64,000 nt of DNA from contig JAQGDQ010000427.1 of assembly GCA_030141605.1 (NCBI GenBank), positions 135,484 to 199,483 of the forward strand, written 5' to 3'. Below the pieces are notes generated by a model. It ran no database searches. It was given only the letters and a program-made list of their open reading frames with translations, and was not told the DNA's origin. A program made the translations under genes and the position numbers. Positions 39,114 to 51,706 of the stretch are shown here, in pieces; position 1 is the first letter of the stretch, and the number at the start of each line of letters is the position of its first letter. Source of the stretch: Tubiluchus corallicola (Eukaryota; Animalia; Priapulida).

Positions 39114-40560
39114 AGGAGCAAAATCACGAAAATTAAAGTTGAACTTATTTTATAACTGACTTACACGATAAGTTGGAAAAAAAATTTAGCGCTGCCTTAG
39201 TAATTGAGTATTTTATTTATTTTTCCTCGCGGGAACAGTCATGGAGCACTCTTTGCGCCTCTCCCGGGGAAAAACTGCAGAATAGCGCAGTGTGCGCAAC
39301 TACGTCACAGCCAGTATTGCAGGAAAGCCATATCACAGTTTATATAATAGTACATACAGTTAGGACACTCCGTATGTGCGCGCGTGGATTTTTGTGCCCG
39401 CGCATGCGCGAGCCTTAGCCAGGTAAAATTCGCCATTTTGTTTTTTCATGTTAAGATTGAGCTGCATTTTAGTTAATTCATTTTGGAAATTTTAAGCGCT
39501 AACTTTAAGTTTAACCAGTGGAAATGGAAGATCGTGATAACTGTGCATTTACCAAGTAAAAAAATTATACCAATAGACATTCATTCTGGTGTAATGTGGT
39601 GTTCTGCCGTGGGTTGCAAAAATGATCAACTCGACAATAAAGATGTCAGCCTTTTTAGATTTTCTCGAGATGACAAGAGGTCTGTAATCTTGCAGATAAA
39701 ATAATTTTATTATTGTTACCTTTTCAGTTAAAATCAGTTGCCTCTGCTCTAAAAATAATTTAGTTTTCTAGGCTTACTACTTGTTATTCGTTTGTGGAGC
39801 AGCAAGCTAACAAGCCAAATTCGAAAATGTACTTAAGTAATAATTTGCAGTAATTAATACCAGGTATAATACCATCTATTCCACTATAATACTAATTAAA
39901 TTGGCATTGGACAGTAAATAAAACTTTGAACACGGAGAATCATATAAACCAAATTAGTTTGCAAGAACTATCGTGTGCAGTATACACTATTATTTTTTGT
40001 AATGTAAAGCAAACGAAATTTTTAGTTACATGCTAAATTATTTAATCCTTCTAATTTTTAGGTCCAAAGAGTTGACTCAACTTTGTCCGCAGCAAGATCT
40101 GTTGAAAAAAGATGCAGAAACTATATACAAAACTAACCAACTATGTGCTACCCACTTTGAAGATATAATGTTTCAAAACACATGTAACTTGAAAAATCGC
40201 CTTTAAGAAAATGTAGCCAAGCCGAAATTGTTTCAGCAGGTGAACAATCCAACAGGATGCAAGTCCTGAAAACGAAAAGTCATTTACATCAAAGCAGACA
40301 GATTCTTCATTGATACTTTATTCTCCCAGCAAAAAATACATAAGAAAAACAGTCAGAAAGGAACGACAGCATTTTCAGCGATTATCAGTACAGAAAACTG
40401 ATGGTTCATCGTGTAGTGATGTGTCTGCAGTCAAACAGCTAAACAACATTCTTTTAAACAAATCAGAAGAACTGCCTGTATCAGAAGCTTTTTCTAAAGT
40501 TATGACACCTTCAACTAGAACTGGCAAAGCGGAAACGTAATGGCCGCCGCTATACTTCGA
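39114..40560 (+). mobile_element. Kolobok-like DNA transposon, left part (right end not found)
   Basis: TTAA at 39110-39113 is followed by an AGG.. terminus related to the ends at 25402 and 29605. A THAP gene follows, consistent with THAP-bearing Kolobok transposases. Confidence 0.68.
39594..40260 (+). pseudogene. Spliced THAP-domain pseudogene (exon 1 39594-39679, exon 2 from 40062)
   Basis: A GT-AG phase-2 join gives MWCSAVGCKNDQLDNKDVSLFRFSRDDKR/SKELTQLCPQQDLLKKDAETIYKTNQLCATHFED...NRL*ENVAKPKLF. C2CH is intact, the conserved P and W are lost, and there is an in-frame stop. Confidence 0.85.
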
Positions 40561-40865
40561 CATAACGGTACCTAATTAGGGTACATTATAATAAAAGAGA
40601 GTATATGTACCCTAATAAGACTTTTCTTATTGCACAAAGCAGTTCAATTCCTTAAACTTTACTTTTCAAACACTCAGCTGTTTGTTACTGTATCAGTTTC
40701 TTTTCAGGTCTGCTGTTTGGCTTTTGTAAATATGTAATTAGTGTTTAAGTTACTGTATCAATTTCTTTACTGGTCTATATACTCATTACCTATTTGGCTT
40801 CTGTTAACTACTTAATTAGTGCATAATAAGCTCTGGCTTTATGAACTCGTTGTACGCTTTTAAAT

Positions 40866-40910
40866 TTACCATTGATGATGACAGCAGCAGCCTGTTGAAA
40901 CGTTTGGCAT
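40866..40910 (+). ncRNA. Candidate minimal type I hammerhead ribozyme (Penelope-associated), best-preserved copy
   Basis: cca-UUGAUGA-u-gacag-cagcagc-cuguu-GAAA-cg-UU-ugg: stem I cca/ugg, stem II gacag/cuguu, palindromic ACGU in place of stem III, extra U after A9, and C3 replaced by U. Confidence 0.5.
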
Positions 40911-41929
40911 GATTTTCACTTTTAATGTAAAAGTTTATATAAAATTTTGTTTTTTTAATTTTAAAAGTTAATAAAATATTCGCCTGTAATCTTCTTCAAC
41001 AGAATTGCAGCTGAAATGCTGTTAATGAGAGTAGTAATAAGTTATACAACCAATAATTTCTTTTTCTCATTTTGCATATACGTATATTTCACATTTTTAT
41101 ATTATTTTTTATTAATATTTACATTTCATAATGTCACTCACTGTTAAAGTACAAGAGAACTCGTTTCATAAATAAAGCTTTAAACTTCGTCTTGAAATTT
41201 TGTATATTGCTTTATTGCATAAGGTTGTATTAACAGTAACACTGTATAATACTAAGAAATTTAAATTCCTGTCATGACCATTACATGCAGCCATTGTTGT
41301 TTGAAAGAAGTTTAGATAACATTGTTTAAAAAAAATAATCACGCCATTCGTACTAGCAAAGGTTTAGATTTTGTAATATTATCAATAAGATCAATAATGT
41401 GTCCTATGTGTCCAATGGTGTTGCACACTGGGCAGGCGATACAGTGCCGTTTATCCAACTGGCACAGTGGCACAAACATTTTAAATTGTTAAGAATTTTT
41501 TTCGACTACGTACATCCTTCAAATAAGTAATCGTGATTCAAATAAATATAACTTTGTACTTAAAATACTTAAAAATTTCCATTTCTCCCCCTTTAGCTTT
41601 ACAAATTATTTAATCCATTGAAGAAACAACACGATATCAAATACATTAATTGCAAACGGTGAAACAATCAAAATCAAGTTGAGTTTCATTAACTCTTGAA
41701 TGTATTGCGAATGCAAATACTTACCTCATTCTTGACACAAATGCCACATTTAGACACAAGTTCGCATAAAATTAAATTTAAAACTCGCGCTTACTTGTGC
41801 CACCATTGAGTATGGACCTTCAGCCGACCCCTGGCGAGAAAATTGCCTGGTCACGTGAGCAACATTGGAGTGACGTACCAGCCAGTGCTATAGTAATTTG
41901 TTTATCAATACCAGTAGCTGCTGTTTGCT

Positions 41930-43000
41930 GTAGTTTAAAGGAATAATTTTTCACATATTTTTCAAGTCTTGACAAAAAGTATGCATTTTAACACGATTAA
42001 TACTGCAAAACATTTCTGATAATTAAATGATAAATTTTAAAAAGTTAATAATGGCGGGCGAGCCGGATTATTTATGACATCACAAACTAACATAATTTTC
42101 AACAGAAAAAATATTCTAAGAGCATGTTGCACGTGTTTGCAAAAGCAAAAATTCAAGTGCAGTGCAACTGTAAGACATTCAGCTTGTTGTATTAAAACTA
42201 GGCATGTTTTAAGATAAAAATTCAAATTTACCGCCGTGCACACACTGTTGAACGTGTGTAGTTCGTCAGAAACTAACACATCTAAACTGAGAGGTAGAGC
42301 ACCTGTTTCCGTGTAATGCGTTTCCAAAATACAGGCGCCAATGACCGTCTAATTAGCGATTCGTGAAATGCATGTAACTACAAAGAACTAGTGGCGCGAA
42401 CGTGAAATTGTGTTTGCGTGGTAATAATTCTTTCACGTAATAGTGACTTTCGGACTTTCTTCCGATTTTGTCGGCCAACAAAGTCGGCAAAACCCGTCCG
42501 GCAATTTTTAAAACATTTCTGCGTGCGGCAATCTCTGGTTTTATACTGCTTACTTTTTGTATTGCACAAGAATTCGTGCTTTCTATATGAATCTGTTATA
42601 GATTCTATTTCCGTAGTGGACCAGGGCCTGTCGTTGACCATTTTTATACAGCATTGTCTGTCCTTATACGTTATTTGTATTAAAACTAAGTCTATAGAAT
42701 GTTACGTGAACGCAAGAAGCGTTACTATAGCTGCTATCCCAAAAGTCGGTAGATTGTTGCATGGAAAGTTGACCAATTCCCGACTGTGATCCGACATCGC
42801 CCGACAAGTCGGATATTAAATTTTCCCTTTTACACGATATCCGACAAAGTCTGTCCGACACCATCCGATTTTGTCGAACGACTTTGTCTGATCGTGTAAA
42901 CGATTCATCCGTCAATCCGATTTTGTCGGATCGTTTAAACCGGGTATAAGTCATTTTTGGAAAAGCATGTTTACTTTCAGTATTTTACACAGTAGATTGT
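41930..43000 (+). repeat. Dispersed repeat family A copy with nested Harbinger fragment
   Basis: Colinear with 2240-3260. Confidence 0.85.
42441..42946 (-). mobile_element. PIF/Harbinger derivative (506 bp) flanked by TAA, carrying a MADF/Myb-SANT N-terminal fragment
   Basis: TAA at 42438-42440 and 42947-42949, with the empty site 'ttcacgtaaatcattttt' at about 46390. Terminus is tacccggtttaaacgatccgac. Repeated 'ccgattttgtcgg'. Peptide MVNDRPWSTTEIESITDSYRKHEFLCNTKSKQYKTRDCR. Confidence 0.8.
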
Positions 43001-43299
43001 TTTGAAATCGAAAATTTTACAGTGTCGAAAATTTAGAGTTTTGTGTTTTGACCATTTCTTCTGGAGTTTTAAAAATATTTGTGATAATGTCGATCTACCA
43101 GCATCTCAAAGTTGTAATGATTGCAGTAACTGGTTATCGTATTCCAGCTTTAATTAAATTTTGCAGACAATACAGTTACTCAGTAAAGATACTCTAGCTA
43201 CTTCTAATTAAACTTTCATGCTTCTATATTTTAATGAGTATATTATATGTAGTAAATTTATATATACTATTATTATTAAAATTATTGCTTTAATATAAT

Positions 43300-43897
43300 T
43301 TTCTAAGTTGAAATGTTTGTCATGCTTGCATTTGAACGTTAGCAATCAGGGAAATCATAGTTATATTATTATTGACAATGACGCTTTTACACTTGACAAT
43401 GAGAATGATTCCCTAAGTATTGTAAGTTAAAACATAATATACATTTTCTCTCGTTTTTTATACATTTTTTGTCCTGGTATAAAATAAGTTTGTGTGAGTA
43501 CAATATCTATTCATTTTCTTTTCTTTCTCTCGCTGTTTCCTTTCTCCCTCTTTCTATTTCTCTCTCTCTCTCTCTCTCTCTCTCACTCACTCTCAGTGAA
43601 TTAAGAAAACGCACTCATTAAATAAGCGTAGAATACTAAATTAGGTTTGTGTTTGAGCAAACAAAAAACAGAAGGTGAGAGTCATTTATCTGAAGCAACT
43701 AACTGAACTAATTGTAGTTTAAATATGTATGGAATACAAAATGAAGTTGAAACGGAAGCAGGCAGTATCAGTCACGTATTAATTATTAATTAGATTGGTA
43801 TGCAGCATCAGTGTCTTAATTTTCACGAAATTCCCTTAATTTCTCTTTATAACGTCGTAATAAAAAATTAGGGAGAATTAAAAAATATTCCCTCCTC

Positions 43898-43954
<57 letters not shown>

Positions 43955-44000
43955 GTCTCTCTCTCTGTGTGTGTGTGTCTCTCTCTCTCTTTCCCTCCTC

Positions 44001-44054
<54 letters not shown>

Positions 44055-44087
44055 TCAATCTCTCTCTCTTCCCTCTCTATCTCCCTC

Positions 44088-44167
<80 letters not shown>

Positions 44168-44470
44168 CCTTCCTCTCTCTCTCTCACTCTCAGTGAATTA
44201 AGAAAACGCAGTCATTAAATAAGCCTAGAATATTAAATTAGGTTTCTTGTTTGAGCAATAATAAAACAGAAGGTGTGAGTCATTTAACTGAAGCATGCAA
44301 CTGAACTAATTATAGGTTAAATATGTATGGAATACAAAATGAACAAAATAAACGTAGTGTTTTGAGGAAACAGAACAGAAGGTCTGATTCATTTACATGA
44401 TGCATCTAATTAAATTAATTATCAATTAAACTTGCATGAAATAGAAATCAGTTAGTTAAAATCTTGTGTG
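43300..44470 (+). repeat. Segment paralogous to 26570-27200 and 30780-31490, with an internal tandem duplication (43585-43745 versus 44185-44342)
   Basis: Shared 'gaacgttagcaatcagggaaatc', 'aagaaaacgcagtcattaaataagc' and 'catttacatgatgcatctaattaaattaatt'. Confidence 0.85.
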
Positions 44471-44499
44471 GAAATTATATTGTATAACGTAACTTGGTC

Positions 44500-46077
44500 A
44501 AACAAAGGCTCCACTCAATTGGGTTTAAATAATATAACAGCTGCATCTGCTTTGCCCAGGTTAATTACCTAATGTATTACCTGATGTACAATCCAATTTT
44601 AATGAACTAACATGGATGTGCCGCAGAAGACCTGTTACTTAATTACGATAATAGTGGCGTTGATCAACTCGAGCAAAAGAAAAATCCGTGAATTATTTAA
44701 TTAATCATGAGCGCGGCGAAGTTGAAAGACGTACAACAAGTTTCCTTGCAAATCAAGTATGCAACAGGTATGGCAACATCAACGTCTATGCAAGGCAATT
44801 TTAACTCGTTTAACTCATTTTTAGGTCCTCCAAAATTAACGAATTCTTTAAAAAATTTGTTTTTTGATTGTATATGTCTTTGTAGTCATCGCAGACATTT
44901 TAGCATTGTACAATGAAGTGAATTCTAAGCAGGTTTCAAAGAAAAATTTTAAACTGATGTCCTTTCTATGGAAACGTCAGGAGATTTTTCTCTGAAGTTC
45001 TAGTAAAAAGACAATTTAAAAAACGCTGCAAAATATGACAAGTGGTCAGTGTTTTTCTTTGTCAAAAATTGGTAAAATGTCAACAACTAAAAAAAGCGGT
45101 GCTAATATAATCCTGTCAAAATGACCGTTTCGTTGGTGAATGACTCAATAAATGTTGTTTTCTATTCGCTGTGCATATTTTTTAAAGTTGATAGCTTAAC
45201 TAGTTTATACGGAGATATGGCAGTTTCTAGTTTTACAGCATGGCTTTCTGGTAAATACGATAATGAATTACTGCGTTATTTATTCTTTTGTGTTGATAAG
45301 TCGGAAGCCAGTGGAATTATTGAAATATCTAGAAGATAACTAGTGAAATTGAGCATATGGCAGTTTTTACTTTAAGCTAATGCACTAATGTTTGACTTTG
45401 TTAATTAGTCTTCTGGCACTAAATTATTCAAGAAAATGCTACTGGTTTAATTAGTGGAATTAGAAGGGAATTAGCGGAATTAGTAGAAGCTAATTAGTGA
45501 ATCTGACCATATGATAACTGCTACTTTGGACTTATGGCGGTAATGCAATAATGACTTACTACATTAAGTATTCTTCTGTGTCTAAATTATTTAAGAACAG
45601 GTTTCTGGTTTTCCAAAAGATTTGTATATTATGTTTGTTGGCTTATACATATGTCAGAAATTTTGTTCAATTGTAATTTTTTGTAAAAGAAGAAAAAGTG
45701 GACACTTGTAGGCTGAATTCGTAATCGAAAAAACCTTCTCAACTTTTTTTCTGATTCAAATAAATATAATTAGCTGAAATTAAAGCTGCTTTCCACAATC
45801 GTGTTTTATACATGGGAAAGAAATCAAGAACGTAGATTAAAACAAGCGCATAATTATTACAATTGAGCGCATTATGTAAACAATGAAAAATTAAGATGCT
45901 TATATTAGTAATTACATTAGTAAAACGAGTAACGCCAGCCTACTAAATTATATCATTATACGTTTTAGTATGCCGTAGTACGTAACGACAAGTGATCTAT
46001 ATATATTATACTGAACGGTTAGAGATTACATAATAACTAACAAAACATTACTCCACGACAAATAAACAAAGTATGTC
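44500..46077 (-). repeat. Segment S, inverted copy 3, followed by a partial family A copy (46080-46490)
   Basis: Direct repeat of 32990-34720 and reverse complement of 7970-9720. Confidence 0.9.
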
Positions 46078-47359
46078 TTTGGGAAAGCGAAAATTGAAGT
46101 TCAGTGCTACTGTAAGACATTTTGCGTGTTGTAGTAAAACTAGGCATGTTCTAATATAAAAATTTAAATTTCTTGTTTACCGCTGTGCTCGCGCATGAGC
46201 TGTCGAACATGTGCAGTTCATCACAAACTAACAAATCTGAACTGAGAGGTACAGTACCTGCTTTTTGTGCAATGCGTTTCCGAAAAACAGTCGCTATTTC
46301 CCGTCTAACTAGCGAATTGCGAAATGCATGTAACAGCTAAATACTTGTGGCGCGAACGTGAAATAGTGTTTGTGTGGAAATAATTCTTTCACGTAAATCA
46401 TTTTTGAAAAAAACTGTATGTTTCCTTTCAATATTTTAAAGAGTAGATTGTTTTGACCTACAGTTTAAGATTGGGAATGGTTTTCTTTTGAAGGATCGCC
46501 AGCTATACTTGTAAGTAAGGAACAATAACTAAGAATAAAATCTGTAGGTGTAACCCTATTAAATGGTTATACAGGTACATTTTTTACACAAAAACAAACT
46601 ATATTTAATTAACATTTATTTTGACGCAAGTCTAACTGAATCTTAAAAAATTAGGCTAAATATGAGTGACGTCTGCACAATATACATAGGGCTAATGTAT
46701 GATTATATGCTTTTTAAACATTTTACCTTGGAATTAACAAAACATCCAGATGCTTTTCTGGAAAAATTATTTGCTCCTCTGAAAAACTTTCTTTTTTATG
46801 AAAGGTATATTAAACATGGAAGTCAGGCCTAATATTTTTTCAAACTATATTAACTGAGAAAAACATAAAATGAGAAAAAACATTTCTTCATAAATAGAAT
46901 AGTAAATAAATAATTAATTAATTTCTAATAGTAATAATAATGATGATGATGACAATGATGATGATGCTGATGATGATGATATGATGATGATAATAATAAT
47001 AATAATAGTAAATAATTAATACATAAGCATATTAACTTTCATGAGATATGAACATAATAGCTTTATTTTAATTAATAATTAATTTTTCTTATTCTTACTT
47101 TAAATAATACTGAAAAATATCGCAGCTGCTGTAAATCACCAAAGACAGATGTAGGCCTTGCAGTCTTTGCTTAGTGTACAAACTTGCAACAAAGTTACAA
47201 AATTGTGTTAGGATTAACATTTTGGTGTAATTGAAAGGCGGCATTCTCGGGAAATTTAAAAAAAGATATTTCAGAGTTTTTATTTCTGTTTAGTGCCTGC
47301 CAACCGGCATGGCTTTGATGAAGCGATCTCGTCAATTCGACTGCCACACCAGTGCGCGA

Positions 47360-47500
47360 TAGCGTACCTGACAACAATACACAGTAATGGTCTTCCGCTA
47401 GGGCGACACTAACTGCGCGAACTGCTGCGCAATGGCGTACGGACAACACTCTCTAATGCTCTGCCGCTAGGGCGACACTAACTGAGCGAAGTGACAACTT
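47360..47500. repeat. Two units of the 66-bp repeat family seen at 19339-19662
   Basis: 'gtaatggtcttccgctagggcgacactaactgcgcgaa' and 'ctgccgctagggcgacactaactgagcgaa'. Confidence 0.85.
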
Positions 47501-47519
47501 TATGACTTTGTAATACTTT

Positions 47520-47645
47520 GGTACAGCCTTTGTCTAATAGTCGTGCCTATGATGAGAAGGTTGCCCATATGTAGGGCGCGGAAAGAATAATGAGTGACAG
47601 GAAACGCCTACGAGAGCAATTTTATCACAAAATTAAGGTTTGTGC
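47520..47645 (+). repeat. Direct repeat, second copy at 57464-57843 with about 255 bp extra internal sequence
   Basis: 'gtacagcctttgtcta...cctatgatgagaagg.tgcccatatgtagggcgcggaaagaataatg' and 'ctacgagag.aatttatcacaaaattaa.gtttgtg' occur in both. Confidence 0.85.
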
Positions 47646-47841
47646 TGTAACACCGAAGTATTAAAGAGTCAGGCTGAAAGGGATGCCATTTGCTATTCCG
47701 AACTTCGGAGAATGTAGCTACAGAGCTTATCCATGTGACGTCATTGCGCAAGGAGTTATGGGTAGCACGCCATATTGGACGGTATTAGTAACCACACCGC
47801 AGCGTTTGTTAATTATAGTTTAATATTTTCATAAATTTACG

Positions 47842-48020
47842 ATGGTTATTACTTGTGTTGTTGTTGACTGTACCAACAGTCAGAAGAAAAATGTACAGCT
47901 ATCATTCTACAGATTTCCTGCGAACAAGGACAGTCGGTTACTGTGGATTATTGCAAATGAAACGGAACGACTGGATACCGTCAGTGTACAGCAGATTGTG
48001 TAGTGCACACTTTGTTTCAG
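47842..48020 (+). pseudogene. THAP-domain exon 1 of a Harbinger/ISL2EU-type transposase gene (element starts about 47720)
   Basis: MVITCVVVDCTNSQKKNVQLSFYRFPANKDSRLLWIIA(frameshift)MKRNDWIPSVYSRLCSAHFVS-G, with a GT donor at 48021. Upstream 'catgtgacgtca...gccatattgga' resembles termini I associate with such elements. Confidence 0.85.
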
Positions 48021-48619
48021 GTACGTCAGTAAACTAACTCATCATATCAAAATAATAATCGCTACTGAGTGACTTTGTTGACCTACTAGAATGGTAGTTT
48101 TTCTAGAATGGTTCACAACTGGGCTGTAAATGCTAGACTCAAATGTAGCAAATGTGTTAATACTTTTAACGCTTAAAAAGAGCCCTGTATTTGTAGGGGC
48201 ATGTTCCTGTATGTGTTGTTTATTTAAGTGTGTGATATGTTAATTGTTCTTGTGTTTATATTTGTAAAATAAAGCGTTTATTGTTATTATACTTTAAGGC
48301 TTTTATTTTATTCCAGTTGTTTTAAAGTTACACTGACACCCTGGCAGACACTTGCTGTCAAAATTCACTATTGACTAACCTTGATACAAAAAGTGGCTTT
48401 ATTTCTTTATAAACTTGGCGTGTTTCGCTTTGGTTAGCATTGAAACAATTTTAGTTTAGTGCCGTACAGACATCTAACGAAAAACGAAAAATCGAGGAAG
48501 AAAGCGGAAGTCACGTGCCATAAGGAACAACTGTAAGGAACGCCGTAAGGAATTAATAGATAAATCATTACTCAGCAATAACAGCTCTGTTCATAGTGCT
48601 CTGCTTGCTGCGGCCGCCA

Positions 48620-49654
48620 GTTGTCTACTGTACTACCTCTCAGTAAACTCTACCTGACGTGACGTCACAGCATTGAGTGTCATGGCAGACAGGTTGTCTA
48701 CTGTACTAGCTCTCAGTAAGCGCTACCTGACGTGACATCATAGCAGTGAGTGTCATGGCAGGCAGGTTGTCTACTGTACTACCTCTCAGTAAGCTCTACC
48801 TGACGTGACGTCATAGCATTGAGTGTCATGGCAGGCAGGTTGTCTACTGTACTAGCTCTCAGTATGCGCTACCTGACGTGACGTCATAGCATTGAGTGTC
48901 ATGGCAGGCAGGTTGTCTGCTGTACTACCTCTCAGTAAGCTCTACCTGACGTGACGTCATAGCATTGAGTGTCATGGCAGGCAGGTTGTCTACTGTGCTA
49001 CCTCTTAGCAAGCTCTACCTGACGTGACGTCATAGCATTGAGTGTCATGGCAGACAGGTTGTCTACTGTACTACCTCTCAGTAAGCTCTACCTGACGTGA
49101 CGTCATAGCATTGAGTGTCATGGCAGGCAGGTTGTCTACTGTACTAGCTCTCAGTATGCGCTACCTGACGTGACGTCATAGCATTGAGTGTCATGGCAGG
49201 CAGGTTGTCTGCTGTACTACCTCTCAGTAAGCTCTACCTGACGTGACGTCATAGCATTGAGTGTCATGGCAGGCAGGTTGTCTACTGTGCTACCTCTTAG
49301 CAAGCTCTACCTGACGTGACGTCATAGCATTGAGTGTCATGGCAGACAGGTTGTCTACTGTACTACCTCTCAGTAAGCTCTACCTGACGTGACGTCATAG
49401 CATTGAGTGTCATGGCAGGCAGGTTGTCTACTGTACTAGCTCTCAGTATGCGCTACCTGACGTGACGTCATAGCATTGAGTGTCATGGCAGGCAGGTTGT
49501 CTGCTGTACTACCTCTCAGTAAGCTCTACCTGACGTGACGTCATAGCATTGAGTGTCATGGCAGGCAGGTTGTCTGCTGTACTACCTCTTAGCAAGCTCT
49601 ACCTGACGTGACATCATAGCATTTAGTGTCATGGCAGGCATGTTGTCTTCTGTA
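48620..49654. repeat. 73-bp tandem repeat, 14 copies, with 4-mer (292 bp) higher-order structure
   Basis: Unit is gttgtctactgtactacctctcagtaagctctacctgacgtgacgtcatagcattgagtgtcatggcaggcag, with starts at 48620, 48693 and so on to 49642. Confidence 0.97.
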
Positions 49655-50027
49655 TGTGACGATGTAGTCTAAGTTTCGTTATTGCAAATAGTTGGTTCGT
49701 GACTTAAGTGTAAAGAATAAAACACTTCGAAAACACTGAATTAATAAAATAATATTTATAATTTAATGAATATCTCAAATTACATTGCAAGACAAATTGT
49801 AATAATAAAGATTAAGCTGGCTAAGAAAAGAAAGAACAACGTAACGTTTTTCACCAGTCCTGTCTTAGCATCATCAAGCGACTTTTCTCCTGCTCCCATT
49901 CCGCGTCATCTCCTCACCAGGGGCTTCATCGAGAAATGGTGCACCATAGAACGGTTAACTACACTACCTCTTCATGGATCTGATTACGTGGACGACGTCT
50001 CCAAACTTTGACGACTCCTGATGTACA
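49655..50027 (-). mobile_element. Putative 3' LTR (373 bp) of the Gypsy element, preceded by a polypurine tract
   Basis: On the minus strand, PPT-like aagtggaggcg (50028-50038) precedes TGTACATC...CGTCACA. It cannot be confirmed because the 5' LTR is missing. Confidence 0.55.
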
Positions 50028-51706
50028 CGCCTCCACTTATATGACGCCAATATAGGGTAGCCTTCAAGCTCCTGCATTCGTCACAAGGTAAGGATCAATT
50101 TCGTAATCACCGCATGGAAGCACAAAGGACAGTATCAACAACGTCAGGTAAATACGGGTAAGTATCATCAGCAGTAGATATCATCGATAACTGGTAAGTA
50201 CAATCCTTAATACGTTATGTGTCATCAGCGTCAGGAAAATGTAAGCAACAGGCAAGTATCATCGTTAGAATGCAACTATCGTCTCTGTCGTAACCATGTA
50301 GACAGATCGCTTTTCTACAAGCAAGCACCGTTACTAATAGACCATCATTTTATGACATGAGAACGTCCGCTTAACTCGACAACTTGAAGCGGAATACCTG
50401 GGCGAACTGAACAGCCAAAATTTCGTCTACGTGGCTTCAATCACATGATATACTAGTAATGCATAAACAGTATCATTAAATGTACAGGTGAAATCTGATT
50501 TCAGAACAACTTGGCTTCTAGCCTTATATCATTAAACAGTTTAACTAAACTTCTTTTATAAAAATTGACAATAATTAATGGTAGAATTATAACAGTAGGA
50601 ACTAGTTACATTACCTGGCCTAAAATAAGCCTGAGCGCCACATAGCATCCTCCGTTACAAAAGCTTGATCCATCAATTTTTTTTTACTAAAATGTGATAT
50701 CAAGACTTTCAACACAATAGGTCAGGGCAATAAACTAGTTACACAAAAAATCATGATACATATTCATCATAATAATAGAACAAAAATAACTAATGTCAAT
50801 GACAAAAATTGCAATACTCAATCACAGTCTTCATCAACAAATCTTTGTGAATTCCTTCCCTCATGAAATAATTACATATCAGGTAATACAGTATTTGTTT
50901 ACTCTTAAGCTTACAACGCAAGGTTCAAATCCTGGTTTCAAAATAAATGAATAAAGTAAAAATAAAACACTGTATTGTTTTGAACAAAGGAGAAACACTT
51001 TTACTAGTAACCTGCCTAACAAGATTAAAATAATACAATACAACACATTACGGCCCATGTTTTCTATTATCACTCCTATGTGGCATTGCGAATACATTAA
51101 ACTAATTTCGCAACAAAATTTTATTATTTGTAATTCATTTCTAATGAATTGGCTTCACATAATGTAAAAGAAAATATTTCAAACTGGTCAGAAATGATCT
51201 TTAATCACCTAACTTGGGCTTTAGTGGTTGGAATTACCCACTCATAGGCGTGAGAGAATCTGCTACAATATTATCTTTTCCAGCAATATTCTCTACAGTA
51301 AAGTGGAATTCTTGCAAAATAAGCGAACATGTACAAAGACGGCGATTATTTCTCTTCATGCGTGGGAGTTCTAGCAAACTACGTTGGTCAGTTCGTACTA
51401 TGAACTCATGACCTTTTAAGTAGTAACGTAACTTAGATGCAGAATACACTACTGCCAACAACTCAATTTCCACAACACTATAATTTCGCTCACACGTAGT
51501 CAACTTTCTGCTTACATGTGTAATTGGCACCTCACCTAACTCACTCTGTACTTGTGTCAGCGCTCCGCCAATACCACTAAATGAAGCATCAGTTGTTAGA
51601 ACGAATTTCTGCGAAAAATCAGGTGAGTGAAGCACCGTATCTGAGTTTAGTGCAGTGCGCAGTTCTATAAAGCTGCGTTCACACTCTTCATTCCAGTCAA
51701 CATGTA

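Noticed and set aside
48620-49654. CRISPR-like appearance of regular repeats, also at 19339-19662 and 26225-26570
   Set aside because: Units are homologous along their whole length with no unique spacers, there are no cas genes, and the context is eukaryotic.
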